Shown here one piece after another: positions 32,137 to 47,557 of a stretch of DNA of 64,000 bases (positions are counted from its first letter, which is position 1; every line of letters starts with the position of its first letter). Origin of the DNA: the human T2T-CHM13v2.0 reference genome, Homo sapiens; the NCBI RefSeq assembly GCF_009914755.1, contig NC_060931.1. The stretch is one strand, 5' to 3'. Made by a program: the position numbers and the translations under genes. The notes under the pieces were generated by a model that saw nothing but the letters and a program-made list of their open reading frames with translations, was not told the DNA's origin and did no database searches.

Positions 32137-34359
32137 TATCAGAGAGATATCTAAATTCTGTTTACATACCAACATCCTTAAATCCAATAACTATGCCAAG
32201 TTTTGTGCTAAGATATTTCAGTGTGGATATCGCAAAATATACAGCCAATTAACAAGATCATTCAGAAAGCACTGAACAGAAAAAGAACATAAACACATTA
32301 GATTTAGTGTAAACAATTCAAGGAGAAGCTGCCAATGCTAGTTTATAAAGTGGCCATGCATTCATCAAGTTGTTGTTAATGCTGAACCTACACTCTGAGG
32401 CTAATGGCAGCCACAATTAGTGGCACACGGTTAGACCCTGTATGAATGAAATATTGCTGTAGACGGATTAAACACAAGGCCAGTCTCTGGTAGCTCATTT
32501 TTTGTTAGCTGGTCCAGGTACTTTAAAAATTTATCAACAAACACTGCAGGAAATTAAATAGCCTGCAGGAAAGAAGAGTAAAAGAAGTAGACAGAAGTAT
32601 CTACATTATATTTAGCAGGAAAAAAGGTTACTTCTCCTACACAACAGAGTTTTGTGCTGGTATATTTTCATACTGTGACTGCTCACATAGCTGAAAGTAG
32701 TCACAAGATAAAGGGTCTCCCCAGTGAACTTGTAGTTGTAAAACCTCAGAGTTGGAAGTCTTATATATTTTCTTTGATTCTGTTCCACAAATGTGGAATT
32801 CAAAATAAAAGTGTATTGGGTTCATTTGAAATAGCCTGTATCAAATTAATGTTGCATGTATATATATTAAATTGAGGGGTGTTCCCTTTGAAAAAGCATT
32901 AATATGTTATCTACAGATAGCTTTTAGAATTTCAAATCATGTTAGAACATTTTCTAAAGTGCTTTCCATAGAACATTACTCCCAGGGTCAAATACAGATT
33001 GGAAAAATCGCTTTGTCAATTCACCTCTTGGAAACCACGATTTTTGCCAGCATGTTAGATGTTCTAGGCAATCTTGCAGCAAAAACAAGTAAACACAAAC
33101 CCTGTTTACCTGAATAAGTATTTCCAAAATTTACTTCACCACAGAACCTTCCTCTGCTGCTCAAATATCATCTCGTAATTTCCCATGGAAGCTTCATTTC
33201 ATGAAATCGACTTAGGAAAATGTTGATTGGGAATAATATTTTTCACACAACACCCAAAACTAGCATATTTTGGTTTAATATTTCCATAGTCAGAACATTT
33301 CAAGAATATGTTTTGAACTTAATAACTTCCATTTGATTTTTGTTTTAGAAGTTAGTCAATAACCTCTGGCTGAAATCACATACGTGTTCTGACATGAGCT
33401 AGCTGTACTATTAAAGGGTTAATGACAATACTCAACAGTTATCCAAAAGAAAACCTTAATGTAGTTAAGTTAGTTTGTTTATTCAAAAGTCAAAAACATG
33501 TATGAAATGCCTACATTTAGAGATAGTAAATAACTCTAATGACAGGCTAATTTCCTTATCAATCGCTTCACATTGGATATTACAAAATAAAACATGACAC
33601 TGATGTCTCTGCTTTGTTATCACCTCTGCATTTATGCCTTTTTTACAATGGATCATATCTTATCTTCATGCCTTCCTTTTATTCCAGTCAGAGAAAAACC
33701 CAACCTTGGCCTCTTCAAAAGATATAGACATCTTAAATGATGACTTCTAGAGACAATATTTATCCCAGAAGTAAGCGTTACTGACAGCAGAAACAGGACA
33801 GGTTGCATTGAAAGATATATTTTGAGTTAGTGTGATCTCAGAGTTTTCAAATTACTTTAGATAAATGCTTTTCTTAACATAGCATCTGATCAGGATGCCC
33901 ATGCTCTCCTGTCTGCTTCTATACTGTTTCTCCATCCTCAATCCAGAGAAACATCAAAGCAAAATGCAAGCTTTACTTTTTTAATGAAATCTCCCTATGT
34001 GTTCTAAATAGCAAAGATGACTTCCTCCTGAATGCTACAATTTTAATTATTTATGCTACAAAATGTAGCACTTTGGTACTGTATTGCATCCCTCAAATAG
34101 TTTCATGTTGTATCCCTAAAAAGAATAAACTTTCTTTGAAGAACAAGAATCTAATTTTTTTTCTATTGGACTTACAGCACAGTGGAAGGAACATATGTAT
34201 CAAATAAATACCTGATTGTTTCATTGTTTAAAGAAAACGTATTGATGAAAAGGTGTCAATATGCTTTGAAAAATCTTCTCGCAGTATCTGAGTAGATGAG
34301 GGAAGGTCCAGGTGAACTGAAAGGACTCAAGAGACAGACCCATTATTCTTTGATAAGAT

Positions 34360-34580
34360 CAAGCTTGCCCAACCCGCGGCTCACAGGCTAAATGCAGCCC
34401 AGGACAGCTTTGAATGTCACCCAACACAAATTCGTAAAGTTTCTTAAAACATTGTGAGATATTTTTGCTATTTTTTTAAAGCTCATCAGCTATGTTAGTG
34501 TCAGTGTATTTTATGTGTGGCCCAAGACAATTATTCTTCTTGCAATGTGGCCCAGGGAAGCCAAAAAATTGGACACCCCG
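34360..34580. mobile_element. MER30 (hAT-Charlie MITE)
   Basis: 'caagcttgcccaacccgcgg...tgtggcccagggaagccaaaaaattggacacccc'. Confidence 0.85.
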
Positions 34581-35021
34581 ATCTAGATAATGTTTGCTTA
34601 ATTGGATACAAGTAAACTGTACACCAATAATCATGAAGACCCTGTCACTAGTGCTTGAAATACACTTAAAATGTAATTTTATGTGTTTCTGTAAAATGCG
34701 GACTACAATATTACCTCCCTGAGTTATTTTCAGGATGAAATAACACGTTGAACGTGCCAAGAATAGCATTTCAAGCACTCATATTATATATGTTGATTTA
34801 CTTTTCTCCATTTATCAGCTCCTCCAGGTTTAATTTGAACCCACACTTTCTTTCCTTTCTGCTTTTTATTTTTTTAAAAACCTGGCCACTTTGCTCCAGT
34901 AATTTTTAAAGAAAAATAAGTGTGATTAGCCCTCATAAGACTAACGTAAAATATTAGCAGAAAGAAGGGAAAAGAAAAACATTTTAATGCTATACCTCCA
35001 TGAAACATTAAGATACCTTCC

Positions 35022-35322
35022 TTTTTTTTTTTTTTTTTGAGTCAACGTCTCGATCTGTCGCCCACGCTGGAGGGCAGTGGTGCGATCTTGGCTCACTGTA
35101 ACCTCCACCCTCACCACGGGTTCAAGCGATTCTCTTGCCCCAGCCTCCTGAGTAGCTGGGGTTACAGGCGCCCAGCACCGCGCCTGGATAATTTTTTTAT
35201 TTTTAGTAGAGACGGCGTTTCACCATGTTGGTCAGGCTGGTCTCAAACTCCTGACCTCGTGATCTGCCCACCTCAGCCTCTGAAAGTGCTGGGATTACAG
35301 GCATGAACGACGGTGCCCAGCC
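35022..35322 (-). mobile_element. AluS (Sg/Sc-like)
   Basis: Full dimer; 'gacctcgtgatc'; TSD acattaagata(c/t)ctt. Confidence 0.9.
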
Positions 35323-36224
35323 GACATTAAGATATCTTAAGGAGAGTCATTTCTCCAATTTGTCATACAGAAGCTCTAGTTTTTAGTAAATGAATTTTTA
35401 AATAAGAGCATACCTCTTTTACTTTGTTCATCATTTTAAAAAAAGTTCTAAGAACTCCTTCTGAAGCCTAATATCTGGTCACTAAACCCAATGTGAAATT
35501 CTTCAAGTTATTTTTTGGAATTCTCAACATGAATTTAGCCAAATACTGCGATAACTCAATGTTATCTTTTTTTTAGTGATAGTAATAATTTAAGTAATAT
35601 TTCATTCAGATTCTAAATATACTAACGTATTTCCCACATTTTCTATAATTGTAAAAGAGTTGATTGGAATGCTGTTACTGCAATACATATTTCAACTTTC
35701 TTCCTGTATTATTAACTGCTCCAACTTTGTTACTATAAAAGAGCTACCAAAGAGAGTCCCCTTCAATAGACAATCAGCTTCCCACAATTACTGTAAGCAC
35801 TAACATTCCCTTCTACCTGAACCCCCCATCTTTTGTCAGATGAGCTATTCATCAATCCCCATGCACTTCGCTTTGATGTTATCTCAGAAGCTACAAGTCA
35901 TTAAGACTGGCAGGAGAATGGAGGATAAGCGGGGAGATGGTTCAACCGTAGGGAGAACTACTGGAATGATCCTATTCATTATCAAACTCCAGGCAGCGTT
36001 TCTGCTAGCTGAGAATGTGGTATGGCTGATGTTCAGCATGCTTAACTGAATGTTGGGTGTCTCGTGATTTTTTTCACTCGTGTTAATAATGCTCATGGGA
36101 TATTGTTAGTGTTCCTGAAGAAAGTGTGCAGGGAAAGACAACAAATTTGCATTTATTTATTTTGAAAACCAGCATGACTATCAAACTCTGTAACCTGGAA
36201 GAAATAATGAGAAAGATCTAGTTA

Positions 36225-36983
<759 letters not shown>

Positions 36984-36999
36984 GTGAGGAAACAATTTT

Positions 37000-37200
37000 T
37001 GAGTATTTGCTTGGTGCAAATATTCTGCTGGGCACTATAATTCTCGTAACAACCTTGTGTGGTAGAATTACTGCTAAAATAAAGATTGTAGACTCAGGGC
37101 AGTCATGAACTCATTCAGGATAACTCAACTAGTAACAGTAGGTGTGATATCTCAACCCAAGTATGCTGTGATTTTAAAGCCCACTTGTTTTTACTATGTC
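37000..37200 (-). mobile_element. MIR
   Basis: 'ttgagtatttgcttggtgcaaa...taattctcgtaacaaccttgtgtggtag...caggataactcaactagtaa'. Confidence 0.5.
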
Positions 37201-37933
37201 ATCATGTATTTCTAGGCTCTAACTTTAAAAACCAGTCTGGCCCATTTATCTCATTGCTTGCTTTTTCCCCATTCTTCCTTTTTGTTCCCTATATTCACTT
37301 TCCAAGTGAAGCTTCTGCATGACCTTGCCTAAAGTTTATCCTAAATAATAAATACTCATACAGTACATGAATGAATAAGTCAGTGAATGCCTATCTTCTT
37401 TGACCTCATCCATGTATCTTCAATAGAATGTCCCATTCTCTTTATTTACTATGTTATGTCTCCATTCATTTCGCTGTTCTGTGTTGGTGACTGAATATGC
37501 GGAGGATGCAGATAAGTCTGTGTGAAACACTTATTCATGTTTTCAAAACATGTCTATTGGGTTTTCCAGAAGTTCACAAAGAATGGTTAAAGCAAAATCA
37601 ATAACTGGGCTATGAACAAGAAAACTGAGATACAATAGTCATTTTTTTAAAAAAAATCCAGTATCATAAAGCAAGAACAAACAGGACAATTTTGCTTCTC
37701 CTCTCCCCCAATCTTAGAAAATATTAATGAAAAGCAGGTAGGCTTAATATTCAGATGGTACAAGTCCCAACACTCAGTTCAGATGCCACCGAATCCACTA
37801 TCCTTCTCAGAATCCTTTGTTGAACTTGTAATCTGGGCTACTTGCATACCTTCTGCTCTCCACACACACTATTTCAAGTCTAATTCCCTTACCAGAAGAT
37901 AAATGCCTCAAGGAGAGAAGCAGATCTTATTGA

Positions 37934-38045
37934 TTTTTTTTTTTTTTAATTTTGAGATGGGTTCTGGCTACGTTGATCAGGCTGGCCTCAAACCCCTGGG
38001 CTCAAGTGATCCTCCTGCCTCAGCCTCCTGAGGAGCTGGGAGTAT
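37934..38045 (-). mobile_element. Alu monomer fragment (FLAM/AluJ)
   Basis: 'ctgggctcaagtgatcctcctgcctcagcctcc' with T tail. Confidence 0.8.
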
Positions 38046-38179
38046 TACGTACACAGTAGGAGTACAATAAATATTATGAAAAGGAAAACACTAAGCTTAG
38101 TAGTTTCCATATAACAACTCTTGACCTTCTTCATCTGCCATCTACCACCTTACTACCCCATTTATTTGTTCCCATTTAC

Positions 38180-39405
38180 ATTAAGATTCCTAGAAAGCAC
38201 TGTCTAAATTCACTGTCTCCAGTTCTTCTCCTCTATTCTGTCTTTGATATAGTTTTCATATTTGTCCCTGCCCAAATCTCGTGTTGAATTGTAATCTCCA
38301 ACATTGGATGTGGGGCCTGGTGGGAGGTGACTGGATCATGAGGGTCGATTTCTCATGAATGGTTTAGCACCATCTCCTTGATGCTATTCTTGTGAGAGTG
38401 AGTTCTTGTGAGATCTAGTCATTTAAAAGTGTGTGGCACCGCCCCCCACTCTCTTGCTTCTGCTTTTGCTGTGTAATGCACCTGCTCCCCCTTCACCTTC
38501 TGCCATGATTGGAAGCTTCCTGAGGCCTCCCCAGAAACAGATGCTGCTATGCTTCCTGTATAGCCTGCAGAACCTAGAGCCAATTAAACCTCTTCTTTTA
38601 TAAATTACCCAGTCTCAGGGATTTCTTTATAGTGGTGCAAGAACGACCTAATACTGTCTTAGAGTCATACCAAATAAGCTTTTGCCCCCATCACTCTTCC
38701 AAACTGGCTTTCACTGAGAAATCCAATGACCTCCAAGTTGCTAAATTCAATGGTCAACTATTAGTTTTCATTTGAGTTGACCTATCAGCAGTGTTTGCAA
38801 TGGGTTATCATTCTCTCTTTTTGATAAATTATCTTTACTTTGCTTCCAGAATACCACACTCTTTTGATTTTCCTCTTAACCCATGTGTCTTTCACTGGCT
38901 CCTCCCCTTCTTTTCAAACTCTCAATGATGGAGGGTCTAAACTCCTTACTCTCAGCAAGATCCTCCTCCCTCATATGCCCATATTCACACTCTTTGTGAT
39001 CTCAATCATCTAGATGTTGTGGAATCCCAAATTTGGATCTCTAGCTCAGACTTCTCTCCCAAACTCTGCTTTTGCATGTCCAATTGCCTATTTTACATAT
39101 CTTGACCTTTTACCTCAAACCCACCCCATTCACAGCTTTTGATCTCAGTTGAGAGCTACTCCATCTTTCCAACTGCTTAGGCCAAAGGATTTCTTCTTTT
39201 CCCATACCCCACATCTAACCCATAAAGAAATCTTATTGACCCTATTCTAAATAGTTTCAGAATTCCTATCACTTCCTATCACATCTCACAGTCTCATTCA
39301 TTACCACCCTGTGCACTTTGCCATAATAAGGTCTCCTCTTGCCTCACTAGAGTCTGTTCCCAAACCAGCAGTTGAAAATGATCCCTTTAAAAAGTAAATC
39401 AGACC
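38180..39405 (+). mobile_element. L2 LINE (RT region to 3' part), interrupted by MSTB
   Basis: 'ccaatgacctccaagttgctaaattcaatggtca...gacctatcagcagtgtttg' corresponds to the L2 RT motifs NDL..AKSNG and DLSAAFD. Confidence 0.8.
38245..38655 (+). mobile_element. MSTB-like solo LTR
   Basis: 'tgatatagttt...cccaaatctcgtgttgaattgtaatc...taatac' with TSD gtctt. Confidence 0.9.
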
Positions 39406-39586
39406 CACCTACCTCCAGGCTGACCCCTTCCCTCAAGAGAAACACTCCCAGGTTTCAGAAAGCATTCCATTTTCTTTTTCTAACTCTTGAGAAGTCTGGG
39501 GATACTATAGATTCTGTCCATGGAGTCTGAGGAAATCACTGTCATTGTTAGTGAATCCTTCTTTTGAACTTGCCTGGGTTAATCTA

Positions 39587-40039
<453 letters not shown>

Positions 40040-40449
40040 CTACAAAACCAGAATAAAAACGTTGCTTTGGGAACTTAATGGCTTGAAATGCAAAGCCCTT
40101 AGAATAGTGCCTGCCAAAGAGTAAATGCTCCAAAAACATCTGCTATCATTATGTTTAGAAAACAAACGGATTAAATCACAGGTAACACAATTAATTACTT
40201 TTACTTTTAGAAAGTCAGTGTACCTGCCTCTCATTTTGGGGATCTTGAATGTTGGGATACAGTTGTCTTCTGAAAGCAACTTGAGAAGTACTTCATAACC
40301 TACAACCTACTGTGTTTGGGCAAAAATGTCAGAATAAACACTCCTTTCAAGTTATGTAGATTACAATCTTCATTGTTATAGTGGTCTTATTTTGATACCT
40401 CTTCTATATCAGATACTTTGACATGAGAAATGTAAAAGCACTGATACTG

Positions 40450-40451
<2 letters not shown>

Positions 40452-40485
<34 letters not shown>
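40452..40485. repeat. (GT)n microsatellite
   Basis: About 17 uninterrupted GT units. Confidence 0.95.
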
Positions 40486-40486
<1 letters not shown>

Positions 40487-40816
40487 GGAAGGGAAATATA
40501 TAGATTTTTATCCTTTAAGGTAAAATTGTGGTAATATTTCTGAGAAAAATATGCCTTAATACAACTAAGCTTTCCATTTTGATGCTAGAAAGATTATTGT
40601 AATGAGAGTACAATTAAGCATACTAGATGTGACAAGTTGGGTTAGAATTAACAACTGATATTAAGCGGCCTTTACACTTGTCACAAACCAAGCGCACTTC
40701 AGGAGAACATGATCACCCTCACCCTGGACTTGACTCAACTACCCAGTCTTCTCCCCTCTCCTGTTCATAAAGGTCTGTGTGTCTGTGTTTGTCTACCACT
40801 CTCTTCCCTATTTCTC

Positions 40817-41317
40817 TGTGGCAATCAAGCTCCAAAACAGCGCCCAGTGAACCTTGCCTCCTGGTATTTGTGCCCTTGCATTCCCTGCACCGAATAAGCT
40901 AACCTGTATGACCAACAGGACACTGCAGAAGTGCGGGTGTATTGTAACTTCTGAAGCTAGATCATTAAAAAAAAAATACAGCTGCCCTCTTGCTTGCTAT
41001 TGAAGATTACTTGCTCTGGGGGAAGCCAATCCTTATGTCATGAGGACACTCAAGCAGCCCTTTAGAGAGGTCCGTATTGAGAGGAATCCAACCTCACACC
41101 CATCGCTGCCACCAGCTGGTACCAACTTGTCAGCCACATGGAATCTGATGCCTGACACCAGGACAACCAAGCTATACAAGACCCTAAGCTTGGAACGTCC
41201 AGCTAAGACCAAATTCCTGACCCACAGAGAAGCTTTGAAAGATAATAAATGTTTACTGTTGTGTTAAGCCACCAAGTTTTCGGGCAATTTGTTACACAGC
41301 AATGGATAACTAACACA
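40817..41317 (+). mobile_element. MLT1F-like solo LTR
   Basis: 'gaggacactcaagcagccc...ttaagccaccaagttttcgggcaatttgttacacagcaatggataactaacaca'. Confidence 0.85.
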
Positions 41318-43231
41318 CTCTCAATCTCTTGCTGTCCCTCTCCAGATGGCTTTGTCTGCACTATTTTATCTTTGTATGCCCACTGCCTTTTTTCCTTGTC
41401 ATTCCTTGTGCTCTTTCTGCTTTTTTAGGCCACCATAAAACAGAAAAATCATTTTTGGTGTTTTTTTATGTGTTTGTTCAAAAGAGTTTAAGGGTCTCTT
41501 AAAATTGTAAAAAATAAGAAGTTTTATTTATTTATTTTTGTTTCTAAAATAAAAGAAAATGACCAATTTTCCCTCCTCTTCTCTGGGAGTTATCTGGACT
41601 GTTTTTTTTCCCCTGCTTATCTTTGTTTTCTCCTGGGCTATCAGTCTGAGAAAGGTAATAGTGAAGTCAGAGAATAAAGGTTCCTCAACAGTTATTTAAT
41701 GAAGATGGAAACATAATCATTAAAACAGAACACTTTACGCTTAACAGCACTGAAAATGCTCAAACACACTGTACTGTATGTGATTGCTGACAAAGCCTCC
41801 ATCTGAACAAGAATGAACCACATGTCATAATGAATTTGGCATACTGGGGAAAAAAGCATTAAAAATATTATACATTAACTATCTCCGTTCCTGTCCAAAA
41901 ACCACTTATGCTGTCTTCATTCAAATAAATGGTAAAATATGACCATACTGTTATACTGAATTTGATTGGACCTTGTAAAGTTTTCAAAATTGGATGGTCC
42001 AACTCCAGACACATTTCAAAAGGAACATGCAAAAAACTGTTCTCTACCCTGTATTGTCTACTTTTCTAGTATTTTTAATACAATAAAATATTTTAGTTTT
42101 ACAGTTATCAATTTTTGGTATCCTAGAAACTCCACAATGATGAAAAAGAACAGGTGCTCACAACAAAGCAGAATTACCAACATATTTATGGCCTTATCGT
42201 TTGACAGGGAAGGTCAAACCTCTCAGAGTTTATTCATAACCCTGCATCGGCTTTCAATTCTTTGAAAATTGCTCCTTGATACCCGACTTCCCTGAAATCA
42301 CAGAGAGTGGCAGCCACTCTCTTAAGGTATAAATCAGATTCTAAATAACTGATAGTGCTTTTTTCCTCTAGACATGGACAAGAAAAGCACTGCATTTTCA
42401 TTGCTGAATGCCAGTACTTAGAAAGACCAGTGCACCAAGGATGTTTTTAGGGCTTAATTTCTAAAGTCATCTATAAGAAACTGCCTTTGAGATTTTTTTT
42501 TTAAAAAAGGTCCGGCTCTTGTGTGTCCCTGGCATTTTAATAACCTCTCTTCTTTCGTTCTCCAAATTCAAATTTAACGCAATCGCAAACTTAGTGACTG
42601 TCCATCACTATAAGTTCTATGACGATGTAGCTGTTCCATACTTAAGAAGATGTGGATAATTTTGGCTCACTATAATACCAGCTGATGACACAACGGCAAG
42701 TGAAAATAGTCACACAGATGCATAGGCAACTAACAATTTAGAAAAAAAAGTAAAATTAAGGACAAATAGAGTAAGACAGGAAAAAATCTTGTGTTTTTTT
42801 CTCTATGAGATATCAGTAATTGTTGCAGGGCCAATTAAGAAGTAGGTCATGGGAACTCTTTATTGTAATAATTAGTAACATTATTTAAAAATATTTGGCA
42901 TTTAGCAGCTCAGTCACGGTAGCTGGACATTTCTTCTGAAATGTGCTTATACACCTGGTGAACAGTCTGAAAGCCATACAATGTGAAAAACAGGAATCTT
43001 TAATCTGCTGCCATGTTTTCAACTCACGAGTTATCAATACACCCTTTATAAAAATAATGAAATGCTGCTTTTTCATTTAGCTGTTTATCTCAATAAAATT
43101 AATATAATCATATTAAGGTTCATCCAGATGTCTGTTTTATCATAAAATACTGGCATTTGATTTCAGTTGCTATATTTAAGTTTCAATTCATACTTGGTTG
43201 GCATCAAACAGCACCAAGAGAATCAGCATCA

Positions 43232-43375
43232 TTGTAGTGAGAATCAGCATAGACTCTGGCATTTGGCTACCTGGGAACAAGTTCTATTCTGCTACTTATT
43301 GGCTGTGTGACTTTGGACAGTTAAATTAATCTCTCTGTGTCTCAATTCCTTAATTTTCAAAATTGAGGTAATATT
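43232..43375 (+). mobile_element. MIR
   Basis: 'ctgctacttattggctgtgtgactttggacagttaaattaatctctctgtgtctca'. Confidence 0.75.
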
Positions 43376-43399
43376 TGTCATGGCCAATAACTGAGATGG

Positions 43400-46010
43400 T
43401 TTTAATATGAGAACAAGCACTTGCATCAATTCAAAAGGCAGCAGTTGTCACAACATGCGATATGAATGAAAGTTCATTGTATAGCACTATACATGTGCTG
43501 TTGTAAGGCACACATGATAGAGAACTCCAATGAGTAGGTATGAATGGCACTAAATCCAGTGAACGTCCTTGGAAGTCTGTAAAGGAACCCATCTCCTGCA
43601 GGGTATCAAAAGCTGAGGATTAGGTCTAGGACTTCATTATAGGTAGCAGAGCTCCCTTGAAGGTTGAATTCTCAGCATATTCTTTTTCCCAAGTCTGCTA
43701 CATCGAGGTCAGGGAACTAACTGGGAAGGAGTAGGACCCAGAAAAACAGAATAGGAAAATCTGAGTTCAAGAACTCAAAAAACTTTGCAGAGAATGATGG
43801 TTTCCAGCTTCATCCATGTCCCTACAAAGGACATGAACTCATCATTTTTTATGGCTGCATAGTATTCCACGGTGTAAATGTGCCACATTTTCTTAATCCA
43901 GTCTATCATTGTTGAACATTTTGGTTGGTTCCAAGTCTTTGCTATTGTGAACAGTGCCGCAATAAACATACGTGTGCATGTGTCTTTATAGAAGCATGAT
44001 TTATAATCTTTTGGGTATATACACAATGAGAACACATGGACACAGGAAAGGGAATGTCACACACCGGGGACTGTTGTGGGGTGGGGGGAGGGGGGAGGGA
44101 TAGCATTAGGAGATACACCTAATGCTAAATGATGAGTTAATGGGTACAGCACACAACATGGCACATGTATACATATGTAACAAACCTGCACATTGTGCAC
44201 ATGTACCCTAAAACTTAAAGTATAATAAAAATAAATAAATACATAAAAAAAAGCTTTGCATTGCTTGATTCATCTGAAATCTACAGATTTCAGAAGTGGC
44301 TCTTTCTTTCCAGTTAACAGCTAGCACTCCCCTTCTCCTTGAGATTATTTAGAACCTCTGCCTTATAAGGGAACATGTCACCCTTCCAGATTTACCCCTC
44401 TTATCCCCTCCTGGCCACCAGTTCAATAACAAAGGTGAAGGTCCAACATAACCCAGCCATGAAAGGGCTGGCACTGCTGAGGGAAGAAGGGACTACATTC
44501 CAATAGAGCTAAGGACTGGTCCCCAAAGATGCTGGATCAAACAGGGTGAAACCTAAGGTAAGATAAGGGCTAGTTTATGGATAATGAAGCACTTTGGCAT
44601 GACAGAGAATGTACCACCCTACAGAGGACTCTAGTAGACAGTGGTAATAAAACTCCAGTTGGCTCTGGAAAGTTGGGAAGAAGTGATGGTTTACTGTAAA
44701 TGAAATTTAAATTTCTAGAATTTCAATGGCAAATGGCGAAGGATGGAAGGGATCCAAAGGCTCAGAGAAGTGAGCACGCTAGAGTAGATATGCCACCCGA
44801 AGCCAAAGTCCATCAGTTAACTCTGTTCTATGAGAAGCTGGAGGACAAAAGTGAGAAGGAATGAGCTAGTGAAAGGGATACCAGCATCCAAAAGAAGTCC
44901 TGTGGAAGCTGTCCTCTATAGACTAAGGCTGGTAAGAAAAGATGCAAATGGTAGAAGATGCTACACAGAACTGGGCTCCAGGAGAGCAACTGAGATGACA
45001 GGATCCTACCATAACAGACCAGATGATGGCCACTAACTGTCAAAAGCAGGGTAGGCTCAATTATCAGAACTAGTGACAAGACTAGTTACAGCCAGGGGCA
45101 CCTTAACCGCAAAAAACTTTGGAGATGGTTACTAGGACACAAAGTTCCAGGAGACAAGATAAATGGATTGCAACAGAAATATTGCTTCATTTATAGGATT
45201 AAAATAAATCAGTTAATAAATTCATGACCTTTTGCCCCATTTCTGGCCATAAGCCAGTTCTCAGAAGTATAAACAATGGTATATATTTCAGTATAAACTG
45301 AAAGAGAGGATGAGTTCTCAGGAGGAAGGACTCTGTCCACTCATTTATATAACTGATGATTCCCTAGTCCTTCCCTAAAGAGATCCACAAGTGTTTACTG
45401 AGGTGACCATGGGAACCTCTGGGGTAACCACTGGGCAAAGGAGGACATCCATACATTGCATGGAGATGAACCATCACTGCTGAATAAGAACCTGAGTTGA
45501 TATTAAGACCCAGGGACCTGAAGCATCATTGTGGCCCACTGTCAAAGTGGGGGTAGATGGGGTAGGGAGAGTAATAAACGGAGTCCGTGACCTAGTCTGG
45601 CTCACAGTGAGCCCACTCAGTCCATGAACTATCTGGTGCTTGACTATATGGTTAGAATGAACATACTCAATAGTTGGCAGAATTTCCACACTGGTTCCTT
45701 GGCCTGTGGGATAAAAGCTACTATAGTGAGGAAGGCCAGGTAGAAGCATCTGAAACTGTCACTCCTCTCTCTCCTCCTCATTAAGAAGATAATTTAAAGA
45801 TAACATGGAATCCAGGAGAGAAAGAGATCAGAGTCACTCTTAAAGAGTGACTCCCTCACATCCTCATTTAATGCTTTACTCTGGTCAGCAACAAAAATCA
45901 GAAAGATGTGAGAGAATGACGAAGTACTACAAACTCAACCAAGTAGTAGCCCCAGTTGTAGTTACTCTGCCAAATGTGGTATCTGCTAGAGAATATTAAT
46001 ACAGCTTCGT
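43400..46010 (+). mobile_element. ERVL-class endogenous retrovirus internal region (HERV16/ERVL-E-like gag-pro-pol relic)
   Basis: gag-like 'gggatccaaaggctcagagaagtgagcacgctagagtagata'; protease-like 'cagggacctgaagcatcattgtggccc'; RT start 'gagaatgacgaagtactacaaactcaaccaagtagtagcccca' (resembles WRMTVDYRKLNQVVAP). Confidence 0.75.
43790..44252 (+). mobile_element. L1PA4-like, 5'-inverted (twin-primed) short insertion
   Basis: Antisense segment 43790-44022, then sense 3' UTR and A tail; TSD aaaaa(a/g)ctttgca at 43777-43789 and 44248-44260. Confidence 0.9.
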
Positions 46011-46536
46011 GGCAAAGGAGGCTAGGGTACATCCTAGACTCCCCAGCAGTGGCCCGTAGTAGCCAATGCGAGGTGCGATGCACACTGCTTCTCAGCCTTC
46101 CATGTGCATGCCTTCATTTCTCCTTTTTTTTTTTTTTTTAACTGTGTGAAATAGACATGAACCCTGGCTAACTCTGGAAACTATGTTGATAATAATAGAG
46201 CCTAAAACACTTTAGGTGCCTAAATGGCTGTGGGGACAAAAGTATCCCACTGAGCTGTTCAACAGCATAGAGTTGTCATGTAAACACAAGATATTCTTCT
46301 TTGGAATTTGAACGAGCAAAAAGGGAGGCATTAAAAATATGCAAACAGAGAATAGGGGATTACAACAAAGGGTTAACAGGAAAGAGTTGAAAGCTAGTGT
46401 AAGAGTCACAACCACTGACTGATGAAAAACTTTGCTTTCATTCCATGCATTTGACTTGTAACCATGCAGGTAATGGTTTCATGTTGCCATGAAGTATTAA
46501 TATATTTAGTAGCTTTGTTCTCTCCAATATTATTAG

Positions 46537-46883
<347 letters not shown>

Positions 46884-47235
46884 TTTTTTTCCCAAAGTTA
46901 ATGTCATATTCTATAAAAGGGAATGTTTGGTATGGAACTGTAAAAGTTTGAATACAAGTAAATAAGGATTTAGAAAGATATTCAAGGATTAGGAATACAG
47001 AAAACAGAACATGATTAGTCTCAATCCTTAGAGTAGCTCAAAATATAACTGAGAAATTAAGAAATAAGTAAGTAAAGACAGAGACTATGTGTCAGTGTTA
47101 GAAACAAGAAGAACCCTGAAATAATGGGCCTCCGTTAGTACAAGAGTGTTGCGACAACAAGCTCAGAGCTAGCCATTACTTCTTGATAAACAAACTTACA
47201 AACCTGTTACCATAAATTATAAATTAATCTATACT

Positions 47236-47557
<322 letters not shown>

